A stretch of 64,000 nucleotides of DNA, taken from NCBI GenBank assembly GCA_964435665.1, contig CAYSZW010000004.1, positions 16,284-80,283 on the forward strand, given 5' to 3'. The position numbers and the translations under genes are program-made. This stretch comes from an uncultured Gammaproteobacteria bacterium (lineage in GTDB: Bacteria > Patescibacteriota > Microgenomatia > UBA1406 > GWC2-37-13). How positions within the stretch are numbered: position 1 is the stretch's first letter; each line of letters begins with the position of its first letter. Positions 25,219 through 33,902 of this stretch are shown here, piece by piece. The notes under the pieces were generated by a model that was given only the letters and a program-made list of their open reading frames with translations, was not told the origin of the DNA and did no database searches.

Positions 25219-26547
25219 ATGCTATTCGATCCAAAAGAACCACCTATAGTAATATCCATCGGAGGTTCTCTTATTGCTCCGAAAGAAGGCATAGATCCTA
25301 AGTTTTTAGCCAAACTAAATGAATTTGTTCGCACCTATGTAAAACAGGGAAAGCGATTTTTTTTAGTATCTGGTGGCGGTCGTTTAGCTCGTACATATCG
25401 TGATGCAGGAAAATCTGTCATTGGTGATATGACAGAAGATGATTTAGATTGGATTGGTATTCATGCAACACGTTTAAATGCACATTTACTTCGTACTATT
25501 TTTGCAGATATTGCAAATCCTCGTATTATTGAAAATTACGACAAACGTCTTAATGACTGGAAAGAGCCAGTCGTCATAGGCGCAGGGTGGAAACCTGGTT
25601 GGTCTACAGACTACGACGCAGTCATGTTAGCCAAAGACTACGGAGCAAACCTCGTTATTAACCTCTCCAATATTTACTACGTATACGACAAAGACCCCAA
25701 CAAATACAAAGACGCAAAAGCAATTAAAAGACTTACCTGGGAAGATTTAGAAAAACTTGTTGGTACAGAATGGTCACCAGGTATTAATGCACCTTTTGAT
25801 CCAATTGCAGCTCAGCTGGCAAAAAAAATGGATCTGACAGTTATTGTAACTCATGGTGAAGATTTTAAAAATCTTGCAAATATTATTGAAGGGGATTCTT
25901 TTAAAGGAACAGTTATTATGCCATATAGAATTGATGCAAGTTTTTATGATCGTGAATACTACACTGGTAATAAATGTGGATATAAATTTGCTCAGAAGGA
26001 ATCATTTGTTGGAAAATGGCTAACATATATAGCAAATTATTACAGAGCATTTTTAATACGTGTATTTTTGAACCCTAAAAGTTGTTTGGATGTTGGCTGT
26101 GGAACGGGCCAATTAGTTAGCATGCTTAGATCTTTTGGTATTGATGCATATGGTGTTGAAATATCCGAACATGCAATTGAACTTGCAGATAAAACAATTC
26201 GACCATTCTTAAAAAAAGGCGATATTACAAAGCTGCCATATGAAAATGACGAATTTGATTTGGTTGTTTCTTATGATGTATTGGAACATGTCGAACGATC
26301 CAAAATTAAACAAGCAATTAATGAAACCATTCGTGTTTCCCATAAATTTATTCTCCATAAAATTTATACACGAGAAAATTTATGGATGAAATATGTTCAT
26401 AGTGCTGATAAATCTCATATTTCTATTTTTAGTAAAAAGTTTTGGCAGAAATTATTCTTAGAAAATGATCAAGCAAGTTTACTTCGTAATTCATTTTTCA
26501 GATTACCTTCGTTTATGGAATCAGTATTCTTGCTTAAAAAGAAATAA
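25219..26547 (+). CDS. pyrH: Fusion protein: archaeal-type UMP kinase (N-terminal ~235 aa) plus class I SAM-dependent methyltransferase (C-terminal ~200 aa)
   Basis: The N-terminal blocks VISIGGSLI, LVSGGGRLAR, GWKPGWSTDYDA and FDPIAAQLA resemble archaeal PyrH. The C-terminal LDVGCGTGQL ... DLVVSYDVLEHV is methyltransferase motif I / post-I. Confidence 0.75.
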   Translation: MLFDPKEPPIVISIGGSLIAPKEGIDPKFLAKLNEFVRTYVKQGKRFFLVSGGGRLARTYRDAGKSVIGDMTEDDLDWIGIHATRLNAHLLRTIFADIANPRIIENYDKRLNDWKEPVVIGAGWKPGWSTDYDAVMLAKDYGANLVINLSNIYYVYDKDPNKYKDAKAIKRLTWEDLEKLVGTEWSPGINAPFDPIAAQLAKKMDLTVIVTHGEDFKNLANIIEGDSFKGTVIMPYRIDASFYDREYYTGNKCGYKFAQKESFVGKWLTYIANYYRAFLIRVFLNPKSCLDVGCGTGQLVSMLRSFGIDAYGVEISEHAIELADKTIRPFLKKGDITKLPYENDEFDLVVSYDVLEHVERSKIKQAINETIRVSHKFILHKIYTRENLWMKYVHSADKSHISIFSKKFWQKLFLENDQASLLRNSFFRLPSFMESVFLLKKK

Positions 26548-26558
26548 TCCAATATACT

Positions 26559-27614
26559 GTGTCATTCATGCTACTTTCCAAGTTATATTTATCTCATTTT
26601 CGCAATTTTGTTAAAAAAGAAGTTGAATTTAATTCACATCTTACATTAATTGTTGGAGAAAATGCACGAGGTAAAACTACTTTATTAGAAGGAATTTATA
26701 CAAGCGTTTTTGGAAGAGGCTATCGCGAATCTCGAGAACACGAATTAATTCAGTGGGATCAAGACCAAACACTTATTGAAAGTATTTTTGTAGAAAATGA
26801 TGCAAAGACAATTTTTCAAATTCGGTTAGTTCGTACAGCAGAGGATAGAGTAACTAAAGAATATTTTGTTAATAAAACAAAAAAATCATCGATGCAATAT
26901 AAAGAATTTCAGACAAAAGCGGTACTTTTTGCACCTGAACATATATCTGTTGTGGATGGATCGCCAAGTACAAGGCGTACCTATTTTGACACAGCACTTT
27001 GTGAATTTGATCATGAATATAGAAAAAGACTTCGTAATTATGAAACAGCTCTTCGAAAAAGAAATAAAGTATTAGAACTTCATCAAAATGAATTTCAATT
27101 AGATCAAGAATTACCATTTTGGAATCAATATTTGTTAGAGCAAGCAAGTTATATTACAAAAACAAGAGAATCATATATGGAATATTTAAATAAAAATCCA
27201 TATGTTGATGGCAAAGAATTTTCAATAGAGTATTTAAAAGATGAATTTAATGAAGAACGTATGCGTCGTGTTTTTGAACAAGAAAAACGAATGAGAAGAA
27301 CCGTTATTGGTCCGCAAAAAGATGAATTTATTATTACATTAAAAAATAATCGAGAAAAAAATGTCCATTTATATGGTTCTAGAAGTGAACAACGATTAGC
27401 TGTATTTTGGTTGAAGTTAAATGAAATAAGATATTTTGAAACTGTGTTAGGAAAAAAACCATTACTGCTTTTGGATGACGTTTTTTCTGAACTTGATGAA
27501 CACAATAAAGATTTAGTACTGAAAGTTATTAAGAATTATCAGACAATTATTTCTACAACAGCTGATCATTTAAATGATTTAGAAGAAGTTCCTGAAAATA
27601 TTATCTATTTGTAG
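26559..27614 (+). CDS. recF: DNA replication and repair protein RecF
   Basis: LSHFRNF, Walker A GENARGKTTLLEGIY, signature SRSEQR and Walker B LLLLDDVFSELD. It starts at the GTG at 26559 or the ATG at 26568. Confidence 0.85.
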   Translation: MSFMLLSKLYLSHFRNFVKKEVEFNSHLTLIVGENARGKTTLLEGIYTSVFGRGYRESREHELIQWDQDQTLIESIFVENDAKTIFQIRLVRTAEDRVTKEYFVNKTKKSSMQYKEFQTKAVLFAPEHISVVDGSPSTRRTYFDTALCEFDHEYRKRLRNYETALRKRNKVLELHQNEFQLDQELPFWNQYLLEQASYITKTRESYMEYLNKNPYVDGKEFSIEYLKDEFNEERMRRVFEQEKRMRRTVIGPQKDEFIITLKNNREKNVHLYGSRSEQRLAVFWLKLNEIRYFETVLGKKPLLLLDDVFSELDEHNKDLVLKVIKNYQTIISTTADHLNDLEEVPENIIYL

Positions 27615-27647
27615 AAACTGTGCTACCCAGCTCACCGGTCAGAAGCT

Positions 27648-27656
27648 TGATATAAT
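27648..27656 (+). promoter_or_regulatory. Extended -10 (TGaTATAAT) upstream of tRNA-Ser(CGA)
   Basis: TG at 27648-27649 and TATAAT at 27651-27656. The predicted TSS is ~27663, 8 nt before the mature tRNA 5' end. Confidence 0.4.
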
Positions 27657-27670
27657 AGTATAAATAAAAA

Positions 27671-27755
27671 GGAGGGTTGGCTCGAGCGGTTTATGGCGCG
27701 AGTTTCGAAAACTCGTGGGCGCAAGCCCTCACAGGTTCGAATCCTGTACCCTCCG
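27671..27755 (+). tRNA. tRNA-Ser (anticodon CGA), class II with long variable arm
   Basis: Hand-folded. Acceptor GGAGGGT/ACCCTCC, anticodon stem CGAGT/ACTCG, loop TTCGAAA, T-arm ACAGG-TTCGAAT-CCTGT and discriminator G. No encoded CCA. Confidence 0.85.
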
Positions 27756-27758
27756 CAT

Positions 27759-28517
27759 TTGCTTTCATATATACTAATAATTGTGAAACAAAATATAATC
27801 TCCTATTTTTTACTTCTATTTGCATTTGCTGCATATTTGTTTGCATTTATTTATGTTTTGTTTAGAAGTGATATCTATGCAGTATCTGGAATGTATATTT
27901 GGGAGGATATTCAATTTCAAGAAATAATTAGTGGACTTTTTAATCTTTTTTCAACGAATATAACAAATTACTATTTGTATATTACGATATTACTAGTAAC
28001 CGTTTTATTGTTTTTAAGTATTCAAATAGTTCTAGGTCGAATTTACAAAAACGGTCGATATAAGAATATAGTATTAGCAGGTTTATTTTTAGGAATAATA
28101 AGTATTGTTCTACTACTCGAAAGTTTCTTAGTACTTAATAAGTATGCTAACTGTGGACATATGATATTAAAATGTTCTATTAATAGTAAAACAGAAATAA
28201 ATACGTATGGAACAGAAATAATAGTGAGTTATATTAAAAATTTTAAAGGTGAAATAGTAGAACCATATCCATACTATTGTACTTATCCAGATGTATTTTC
28301 GAATAAACGTTTAGCTTTAAAAAAGATTGCAGATTTTGAAACTACCAATGACAATATAATTTTTAAATATTATTTTACTCAAGATAAATCTTTTATCATT
28401 CTTGATACACAATTAGAAACAATTAATGATGAAAATGCTAGTGAACAAATAAAGAATCTTCTTATGCATACCATTTATGATGGAACAAGTTGTGAATCTG
28501 TAGCTAGTAAATTTTAA
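27759..28517 (+). CDS. Hypothetical membrane protein
   Basis: The listed ORF start (27693) overlaps the tRNA, so the likely start is TTG 27759 or GTG 27783. It has several TM helices followed by a soluble C-terminal domain with Cys residues. Confidence 0.5.
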   Translation: MLSYILIIVKQNIISYFLLLFAFAAYLFAFIYVLFRSDIYAVSGMYIWEDIQFQEIISGLFNLFSTNITNYYLYITILLVTVLLFLSIQIVLGRIYKNGRYKNIVLAGLFLGIISIVLLLESFLVLNKYANCGHMILKCSINSKTEINTYGTEIIVSYIKNFKGEIVEPYPYYCTYPDVFSNKRLALKKIADFETTNDNIIFKYYFTQDKSFIILDTQLETINDENASEQIKNLLMHTIYDGTSCESVASKF

Positions 28518-28524
28518 TTAGATC

Positions 28525-29103
28525 TTAACTAAAAAAACCTTTAAATAATTCTAAATATGTTCCGTAATTTGCATAAATTAAATAGCCATTCAATAAAATT
28601 AAACCAGGGAAAACGATCCATATTTCTATAAATCCACCTGTCTTCATTCTCATAAATTTAAAAGGAGGAAAACCAAAATCCCAAGGAATAGGGAAGAGAA
28701 GTGGAATACCTGCTTTTGTCATACCATCGGTAACTAAATGAGAAATAAAACCAATCATTACAGACCACCAGACAATATCCATATCTACGAGTAAAAATGT
28801 TCCCATCCATGAAAGTAATAATTCTAAAATAATTGCACCAATAAATAATCCTAGAAATGAATGAGAAATCATCCTATGTTTGCCTACAAATGGTTTTACT
28901 ATTTTTGCCAAAATATTGCCACCTCTAAATTTATCCCAAAAATCAGAAGTTGCGTTATCTATATCTGGTAAAAGCCCACCAAGCATATTTGCGCCAAGTG
29001 CTGTAATAGTTGTTGCAAATGTAATATCTGGAATGGGATGTTTTAGTAAAAAAACAATATTTAATGCAGTGAATGCTGCAAGATCATGAGTTCGACCAGT
29101 CAT
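28525..29103 (-). CDS. Membrane-bound metal-dependent hydrolase, YdjM/DUF457 family
   Basis: MTGRTHDL at the N-terminus, conserved His/Asp residues (SHSFLG, HLVTDGMT) and ~4-5 TM helices are typical of DUF457. Confidence 0.6.
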   Translation of the reverse strand: MTGRTHDLAAFTALNIVFLLKHPIPDITFATTITALGANMLGGLLPDIDNATSDFWDKFRGGNILAKIVKPFVGKHRMISHSFLGLFIGAIILELLLSWMGTFLLVDMDIVWWSVMIGFISHLVTDGMTKAGIPLLFPIPWDFGFPPFKFMRMKTGGFIEIWIVFPGLILLNGYLIYANYGTYLELFKGFFS

Positions 29104-29109
29104 AGTAAA

Positions 29110-29115
29110 AGCATA
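29110..29115 (-). promoter_or_regulatory. -10-like hexamer TATGCT ending 6 nt before the YdjM-like ATG
   Basis: The reverse complement of 29110-29115 is TATGCT, with a 6-nt spacer. Confidence 0.25.
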
Positions 29116-29145
29116 GCATATTGAGAAGTACTATAATTGTTTTAT

Positions 29146-29538
29146 ATGAAACCTATTTATTTCTATTCAATCATTTTCTGGTTTGCATTAGCTTTGGTTG
29201 CAGTTATAAATGGTGCTATTCGAGAAAAAATATATAAACCGCATGTTGGCGATTTGTTGGCTCACCAAATTAGTACTGTTGTTTTTATTTCAGCAATGTG
29301 GAGTTTAATGTATGTATTTTTTCGAAAGTTAGGATTTGTTTATACAAATGCTGATCTTATAAGTATAGGAGTTGGTTTGCTCATTGGAACAATAGTATTT
29401 GAATTTATTGTTGGACATTATGCCTTTGGTAATTCTTGGGAGAAATTATTTAAGGATTATAATATTTTAAAAGGAAGATTGTGGAGTATAGTTCTTTTGG
29501 CTACGGTATTAGGTCCGTGGATTGTCGGTAGAAAGTAA
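29146..29538 (+). CDS. Hypothetical 4-TM membrane protein
   Basis: Hydrophobic helices run throughout. TATAAT at 29132-29137 lies 8 nt upstream of the ATG at 29146 (the listed TTG is at 29137). Confidence 0.5.
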   Translation: MKPIYFYSIIFWFALALVAVINGAIREKIYKPHVGDLLAHQISTVVFISAMWSLMYVFFRKLGFVYTNADLISIGVGLLIGTIVFEFIVGHYAFGNSWEKLFKDYNILKGRLWSIVLLATVLGPWIVGRK

Positions 29539-29554
29539 TGTAAGTCATGTATAA

Positions 29555-29560
29555 TATAAT
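29555..29560 (+). promoter_or_regulatory. TATAAT -10 element placed so that the predicted TSS coincides with the 5' end of the tRNA
   Basis: Overlapping TATAAT hexamers lie at 29550-29555 and 29555-29560. The latter predicts +1 at ~29567 and the tRNA starts at 29568. The element lies in the loop of hairpin aagtcat/atgactt (29542-29565). Confidence 0.3.
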
Positions 29561-29567
29561 GACTTTA

Positions 29568-29656
29568 GGAGAGGTGGCTGAGTGGCCGAAAGCAACGGTT
29601 TACTAAACCGTCGTTGGGGTAATACCTAACCGCGAGTTCGAATCTCGCCCTCTCCG
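29568..29656 (+). tRNA. tRNA-Ser, class II, with apparent anticodon ACT (ACU)
   Basis: Hand-folded. Acceptor GGAGAGG/CCTCTCC, D-arm GCT-GAGTGGCCGAA-AGC, anticodon stem ACGGT/ACCGT, loop TTACTAA (29600-29606), long variable arm and T-arm GCGAG-TTCGAAT-CTCGC. The layout parallels bacterial tRNA-Ser(GCU) except for A at position 34. Confidence 0.75.
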
Positions 29657-29662
29657 CATTGA

Positions 29663-30427
29663 TCAGTAAAAGTTTTTTCTATACCTCCTCATCCCAACAA
29701 CACCCACAACACTTGGAATAATAATAAACAGTAAAGCAAACAACACCATTTGTAAATGAAAATTGCTAGCAAACCCTTCATGAAAAACAGAAACTATACT
29801 AGAAAGAATAAGTAAAGGAATAATAATATAAAACCAAATGACATTTTCTTCAGTAAAACCAACATGTCCAATTATATATCCAGTTTCATTAGAATTTAAT
29901 TTTAATGTAGCGTAAACTTCACAAGATGGTGCAGGGTAACCAGCAGTTCCAAAATAATTACAAGTTCTCGTTAAGAATCTAATATATTGAGCAACAGATA
30001 AATCTATAATAGATTTATTTGCTATAGATGTGACATCTGTTAACTCTCCATCCCAACCAAGTTTGTAATAATTATCACCAACTCTTTTTACAAAAGAAAG
30101 ATCATGTGCTGTATTTTCTTTATATTCATTTAAATCTGTTTCAATAATAGCAACAGCCATTTTATAGCTAACTTCCTCATGACATTGTTCTTTATAGACT
30201 CCTTTCAAACGTAGACAAGATTTTGCATGTTTAAAAAGATTTTCAAATATATCTTTTTTTAACGTTTTTTCATGTTTAGATATGTATTTATTTTGAATTG
30301 TAGATTTTTGATTATAACTAGAAGTATTTTGATATACCCAAAAGGCAATACCCATGAGCAGATATGTAACAATAAAAAAAGTTATAAATACAAAAATAGA
30401 TGATACTTGTTTTTTAGCTTTTTTCAT
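29663..30427 (-). CDS. Hypothetical membrane protein (N-terminal TM, extracytoplasmic Cys-containing domain, C-terminal TM pair)
   Basis: ORF with clear hydrophobic segments and no recognisable motif. Confidence 0.5.
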   Translation of the reverse strand: MKKAKKQVSSIFVFITFFIVTYLLMGIAFWVYQNTSSYNQKSTIQNKYISKHEKTLKKDIFENLFKHAKSCLRLKGVYKEQCHEEVSYKMAVAIIETDLNEYKENTAHDLSFVKRVGDNYYKLGWDGELTDVTSIANKSIIDLSVAQYIRFLTRTCNYFGTAGYPAPSCEVYATLKLNSNETGYIIGHVGFTEENVIWFYIIIPLLILSSIVSVFHEGFASNFHLQMVLFALLFIIIPSVVGVVGMRRYRKNFY

Positions 30428-30484
30428 TACGAATAATTATAAATGATAAATGAAAGCTTCCATCTAGCTATCCTGCCTCTTTCC

Positions 30485-30493
30485 TGCTATAAT
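30485..30493 (+). promoter_or_regulatory. Extended -10 (TGcTATAAT) upstream of the ABC-F gene
   Basis: TG at 30485-30486 and TATAAT at 30488-30493. This predicts a leader of ~46 nt before the ATG at 30546. Confidence 0.35.
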
Positions 30494-30545
30494 TTAGTCT
30501 TCTGGAGAGCTATCTACAAGATTTTTCCTCCTATTTTTTACTTGT

Positions 30546-31997
30546 ATGGAAACAATAATTCGATTCGACAAAGTATCTTTTGAATTTTTAAATAAACCCA
30601 TTTTAGATGCGGTTAGTTTTAGTGTAAAAAGTGGCATGAAAATTGCACTTATGGGACAAAATGGAGCAGGTAAAAGTACATTATTTAAACTTCTCACAAA
30701 AAAACTTAAACAAAATTCTGGACAAATTGCAGTAAATCCAGACCTTACCGTTGCAACTGCATACCAAGTTATAGATCCAGAAGACAAAGAATTAACAATC
30801 GAAGAATATTTTAAAAAACAAAGTGGCTTTGAAGAATTACATGAAGTGCGTCGTGGCATGAGTGTTGCACTCGACGCTGTCAATTTACATGCTCCAGCAG
30901 ATAAACTAGTTAAATCTTTTTCTGGTGGCCAACAAGCACGATTACTTCTTGCAGCTGCATTAATAAAAAAACCAGATTTATTATTACTAGACGAACCAAC
31001 CAATAATTTAGATTACGATGGCATTAGTCACTTAACAACATTTTTAATGAACTACAACAAAAGTTGTATTGTTATTTCCCATGATGCCGAATTTTTAAAT
31101 TCTTTTACTGAAGGTGTTTTGTATTTAGATAGTCATACTAAAAAAATAGAACAGTATGCTGGAAATTATCATGACGTAGTTGCAGATATTGCAGCCAGAA
31201 TTGAAAAACAAAATAGGCAAAATGCTCTTATGGAAAAGGGAATTCAAGAAAATAAAGATAAAGCAAATTTCTTTGCACAAAAAGGTGGAAAAATGAGAAA
31301 TGTTGCAAAAAAGATGAGAGAGAAAATAGAAAAACTTGAAAGTGAAAAAGTAGAAGTTCGAAAAGAAGACAAAACAATTAGACATTTTACAATTCCAGTT
31401 CAAGAAAACTTGCCAACAGATGTTTTAAAAATAAATAGTTTTACGGTGATGCAAAATCATCAATTGGTAACAAAAACTGCAAATAAATTTTTAGTAAAAG
31501 GAAAACACATGCTTATTATTGGACCAAATGGTATGGGAAAAAGCACCCTTATTGAATCTATCGCAAACCGCAAAGCAGAAGGTGTTGTTATAGAACCATC
31601 CGTAAAAATTGGCTATTATAGTCAAGATTTTGCAACTCTTAATTATGATGAAACCGTGTATGAATCTTTAGATAATGCACTTGGCGAAGATGCAATTATG
31701 AATGAAGAAAAAATTCGTTCAGTGGCAGCTGGTTTTTTAATAAATAAAGACTTAATTTATGCAAAAATTGGTAGTATTTCTGAAGGTCAAAAAGGACTTG
31801 TTTCTTTTGCACGATTAGTTCTTATGAAACCAGGATTACTTATCTTAGATGAACCAACAAATCATATTAATTTCCGACATCTTCCAGTTATTGCAAAAGC
31901 TCTTGATGAATATCAAGGTGCAATGATTTTAGTTTCTCACGTAGCCGAATTTTGGTCTCAGATTCAAATTGATGAAGTATTAGATTTGGAAGCATAA
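30546..31997 (+). CDS. ABC-F family ATPase (tandem ABC domains, no TM domain)
   Basis: Two Walker A motifs (GQNGAGKST, GPNGMGKST), two signature motifs (FSGGQQARL, ISEGQKGLV), two Walker B motifs (LLLLDEPTN, LLILDEPTN) and a charged inter-domain linker. Confidence 0.85.
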   Translation: METIIRFDKVSFEFLNKPILDAVSFSVKSGMKIALMGQNGAGKSTLFKLLTKKLKQNSGQIAVNPDLTVATAYQVIDPEDKELTIEEYFKKQSGFEELHEVRRGMSVALDAVNLHAPADKLVKSFSGGQQARLLLAAALIKKPDLLLLDEPTNNLDYDGISHLTTFLMNYNKSCIVISHDAEFLNSFTEGVLYLDSHTKKIEQYAGNYHDVVADIAARIEKQNRQNALMEKGIQENKDKANFFAQKGGKMRNVAKKMREKIEKLESEKVEVRKEDKTIRHFTIPVQENLPTDVLKINSFTVMQNHQLVTKTANKFLVKGKHMLIIGPNGMGKSTLIESIANRKAEGVVIEPSVKIGYYSQDFATLNYDETVYESLDNALGEDAIMNEEKIRSVAAGFLINKDLIYAKIGSISEGQKGLVSFARLVLMKPGLLILDEPTNHINFRHLPVIAKALDEYQGAMILVSHVAEFWSQIQIDEVLDLEA

Positions 31998-32003
31998 ATC
32001 CAT

Positions 32004-32009
32004 TAGAAT
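32004..32009 (+). promoter_or_regulatory. -10-like hexamer TAGAAT ending 6 nt before the ATG at 32016
   Basis: TAGAAT at 32004-32009 and a 6-nt spacer gtgggt. This supports ATG 32016 rather than the listed GTG 32010. Confidence 0.3.
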
Positions 32010-32015
32010 GTGGGT

Positions 32016-32675
32016 ATGAACAAAGCCATTATTTTTGCTATTACGTGTATTTTGGGCATCATTATTATTGTAGATTACTACCTTTGGAAACCTACTGAAA
32101 CAGAAGTAGAACCAACTATTACACCTCCCGCCGTACAAACTGAACAGTTAGATAGAAAATCCTTACTTGATAATCCGCCTCCAGAATCGTTAAAAGGTAA
32201 AATAACTAATCTAAGTGGAGAAGTCCAATGGCAATCGCGAGCAGCTACAGAATTTCAACAAATAACAGAACCACAACAAGTTCTTCAGGGAGAAATACTC
32301 GCGACAAAAGATGGAACTGTAGATATTTTTTTTAATGAGGATATTCAGTTTTCTTTACAAGAAGATTCCGAAGTAGAAATAATTCAAACACTTAAAGATA
32401 AATTTGTTTTAGTTCATAAAAATGGCACTATAGATTATTCAAATAAAATAAATGCACCATTATCTATTCGTAGCTCCAGTTTGATTGCACTCTTAAAAAA
32501 CGGCTCTATGCAAATTACCAGAGATAATGAAGAACAACAAATTACAATAACATCCGTAGAAGGGACAGTGCAGATTGCATACAACAATGCTGATTTTGTA
32601 AGTCAAATTGTAAACTTAGAGGAGGGGGAAACTTTTATATTTTATATTGAAGAAAGTGATGGAGAAGTTTTGTAA
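32016..32675 (+). CDS. TM-anchored protein with a FecR-like beta-rich domain (tentative)
   Basis: N-terminal TM helix. The pattern G.V.W......F..I.....L..G..L.T.DG.V.I.F is reminiscent of FecR/PF04773. Confidence 0.4.
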   Translation: MNKAIIFAITCILGIIIIVDYYLWKPTETEVEPTITPPAVQTEQLDRKSLLDNPPPESLKGKITNLSGEVQWQSRAATEFQQITEPQQVLQGEILATKDGTVDIFFNEDIQFSLQEDSEVEIIQTLKDKFVLVHKNGTIDYSNKINAPLSIRSSSLIALLKNGSMQITRDNEEQQITITSVEGTVQIAYNNADFVSQIVNLEEGETFIFYIEESDGEVL

Positions 32676-33851
32676 TCATTTGTATTCTTTAAGAGGATCT
32701 AAAATAGTATCGCCTTCATAACCTAACGCCCATGCCGCAATGCCACCAATATGATATGTCTCTGCAAGTTTTACTTTTGCTGCTGTTGCTTTTTCTTCAG
32801 GATAAAAAATTTGATGATACGTACCTGTTTCTTCATCCTCGTAAACAACGTAATATTCTTTGGCAGGTTCATCAATCTTAACTTCACAATTACTACATTC
32901 ATCCAATAATTTTTCTACTTTTCTACTACTAATTACAGCACCGCTGCCTGGAATAATTGCTGCTCTATGCGATTTATCGAGCGTTTCCCAGCGATATCCA
33001 TACAATGGTATCCCTAAAATTATTTTATGTTCAGGCATAATTTGTTTGGCAAGTTTAATTGCCGTTTCACTATCAAATTCTGCATCTATTCCCATTCCTC
33101 CGACAGGTGAAACCGCTCCAGTTACATACGAACCAGAGTAGTGATAATCATATGTCATAAAAACCACATAATCGACAATTTTAGAAACTTCATCAACATT
33201 AATAAGATAGTTACGCAACATTGCAGTTGGACTTACATCAACGGTTATTGTTCCCAAATTTTCTTTATCCACTATAGTATTAACTTGTTTTACAAATCGA
33301 GTAAATTGAAGTCTAGCTTCCGGGGAAGCGTCACGAACACTTTCAATATCAATATTTAAATCAGTAAAACCGTATTCCTTCATAATAGGTGTTACTTCTT
33401 CCATCATGTTAATTGCATGTTCTTCTGGGTTTTCAATAAGTGCTGCGATATCATCTTCATCTGCACTAAAAACTAGTAAAGAAAGATTGATATTTTTTTC
33501 TTTCGCTGCAGTAAGAAAATTATCTGCTCTTCCAGAATCAAGAGCATACAAACCTGGCTCAGATTCACCAGGATTAGTAAATTTTCGAATAGTACCATCT
33601 GGTTCAAGAGTTAATCCAAAATAGGTAAGTGTTGTAATATAAGGTGAATAGTCTTCTTTAGCAAATTCTAAAAGCCAATAAGGCAAAAATCCAATCACAT
33701 TATTTTTTTTAAGACCAATACTTTTGGAAAATTCTGTAATTGTATTAGCAGTTTCTTTTGAATTAAGTAGGGGAATTTGTTGGACAATAAAATAACCAAT
33801 AAGTAATCCAGAAAGTATTCCAATTATTCCAACAATACTGTTTTTAAGCAC
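32676..33851 (-). CDS. Glycoside hydrolase family 18 (chitinase/YaaH-like), TM-anchored
   Basis: FTDLNIDIES matches the GH18 DxxDxDxE catalytic motif, and MTYDYHYSG and GIPLYGY blocks are present. N-terminal TM helix and GTG start. Confidence 0.75.
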   Translation of the reverse strand: MLKNSIVGIIGILSGLLIGYFIVQQIPLLNSKETANTITEFSKSIGLKKNNVIGFLPYWLLEFAKEDYSPYITTLTYFGLTLEPDGTIRKFTNPGESEPGLYALDSGRADNFLTAAKEKNINLSLLVFSADEDDIAALIENPEEHAINMMEEVTPIMKEYGFTDLNIDIESVRDASPEARLQFTRFVKQVNTIVDKENLGTITVDVSPTAMLRNYLINVDEVSKIVDYVVFMTYDYHYSGSYVTGAVSPVGGMGIDAEFDSETAIKLAKQIMPEHKIILGIPLYGYRWETLDKSHRAAIIPGSGAVISSRKVEKLLDECSNCEVKIDEPAKEYYVVYEDEETGTYHQIFYPEEKATAAKVKLAETYHIGGIAAWALGYEGDTILDPLKEYK

Positions 33852-33890
33852 ACAATATTATAACAATTCAACCTGAAGATTGAGGTATTG

Positions 33891-33896
33891 TATAAT
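33891..33896 (+). promoter_or_regulatory. Perfect TATAAT ending 6 nt before the ATG at 33903
   Basis: The 15-mer tataatgaaattatg is identical to the one at 12525-12539. It supports ATG 33903 over the listed TTG 33888. Confidence 0.4.
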
Positions 33897-33902
33897 GAAA
33901 TT

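Noticed and set aside
27677-27865. ORFs starting at 27677 and 27693 that run through tRNA-Ser(CGA)
   Set aside because: Their 5' parts are the tRNA gene itself. Only the downstream membrane-protein portion (from ~27759/27783) is plausible coding sequence.
30500-30545. Possible leader-peptide or attenuator regulation of the ABC-F gene
   Set aside because: The predicted leader is only ~46 nt, with no small ORF and no convincing alternative hairpins. The GGAG/CTCC complementarity is short.
30494-31003. 169-aa minus-strand ORF
   Set aside because: It is antisense to the well-supported ABC-F ATPase gene and has low-complexity Ser/Ala/Cys-rich composition typical of shadow ORFs.
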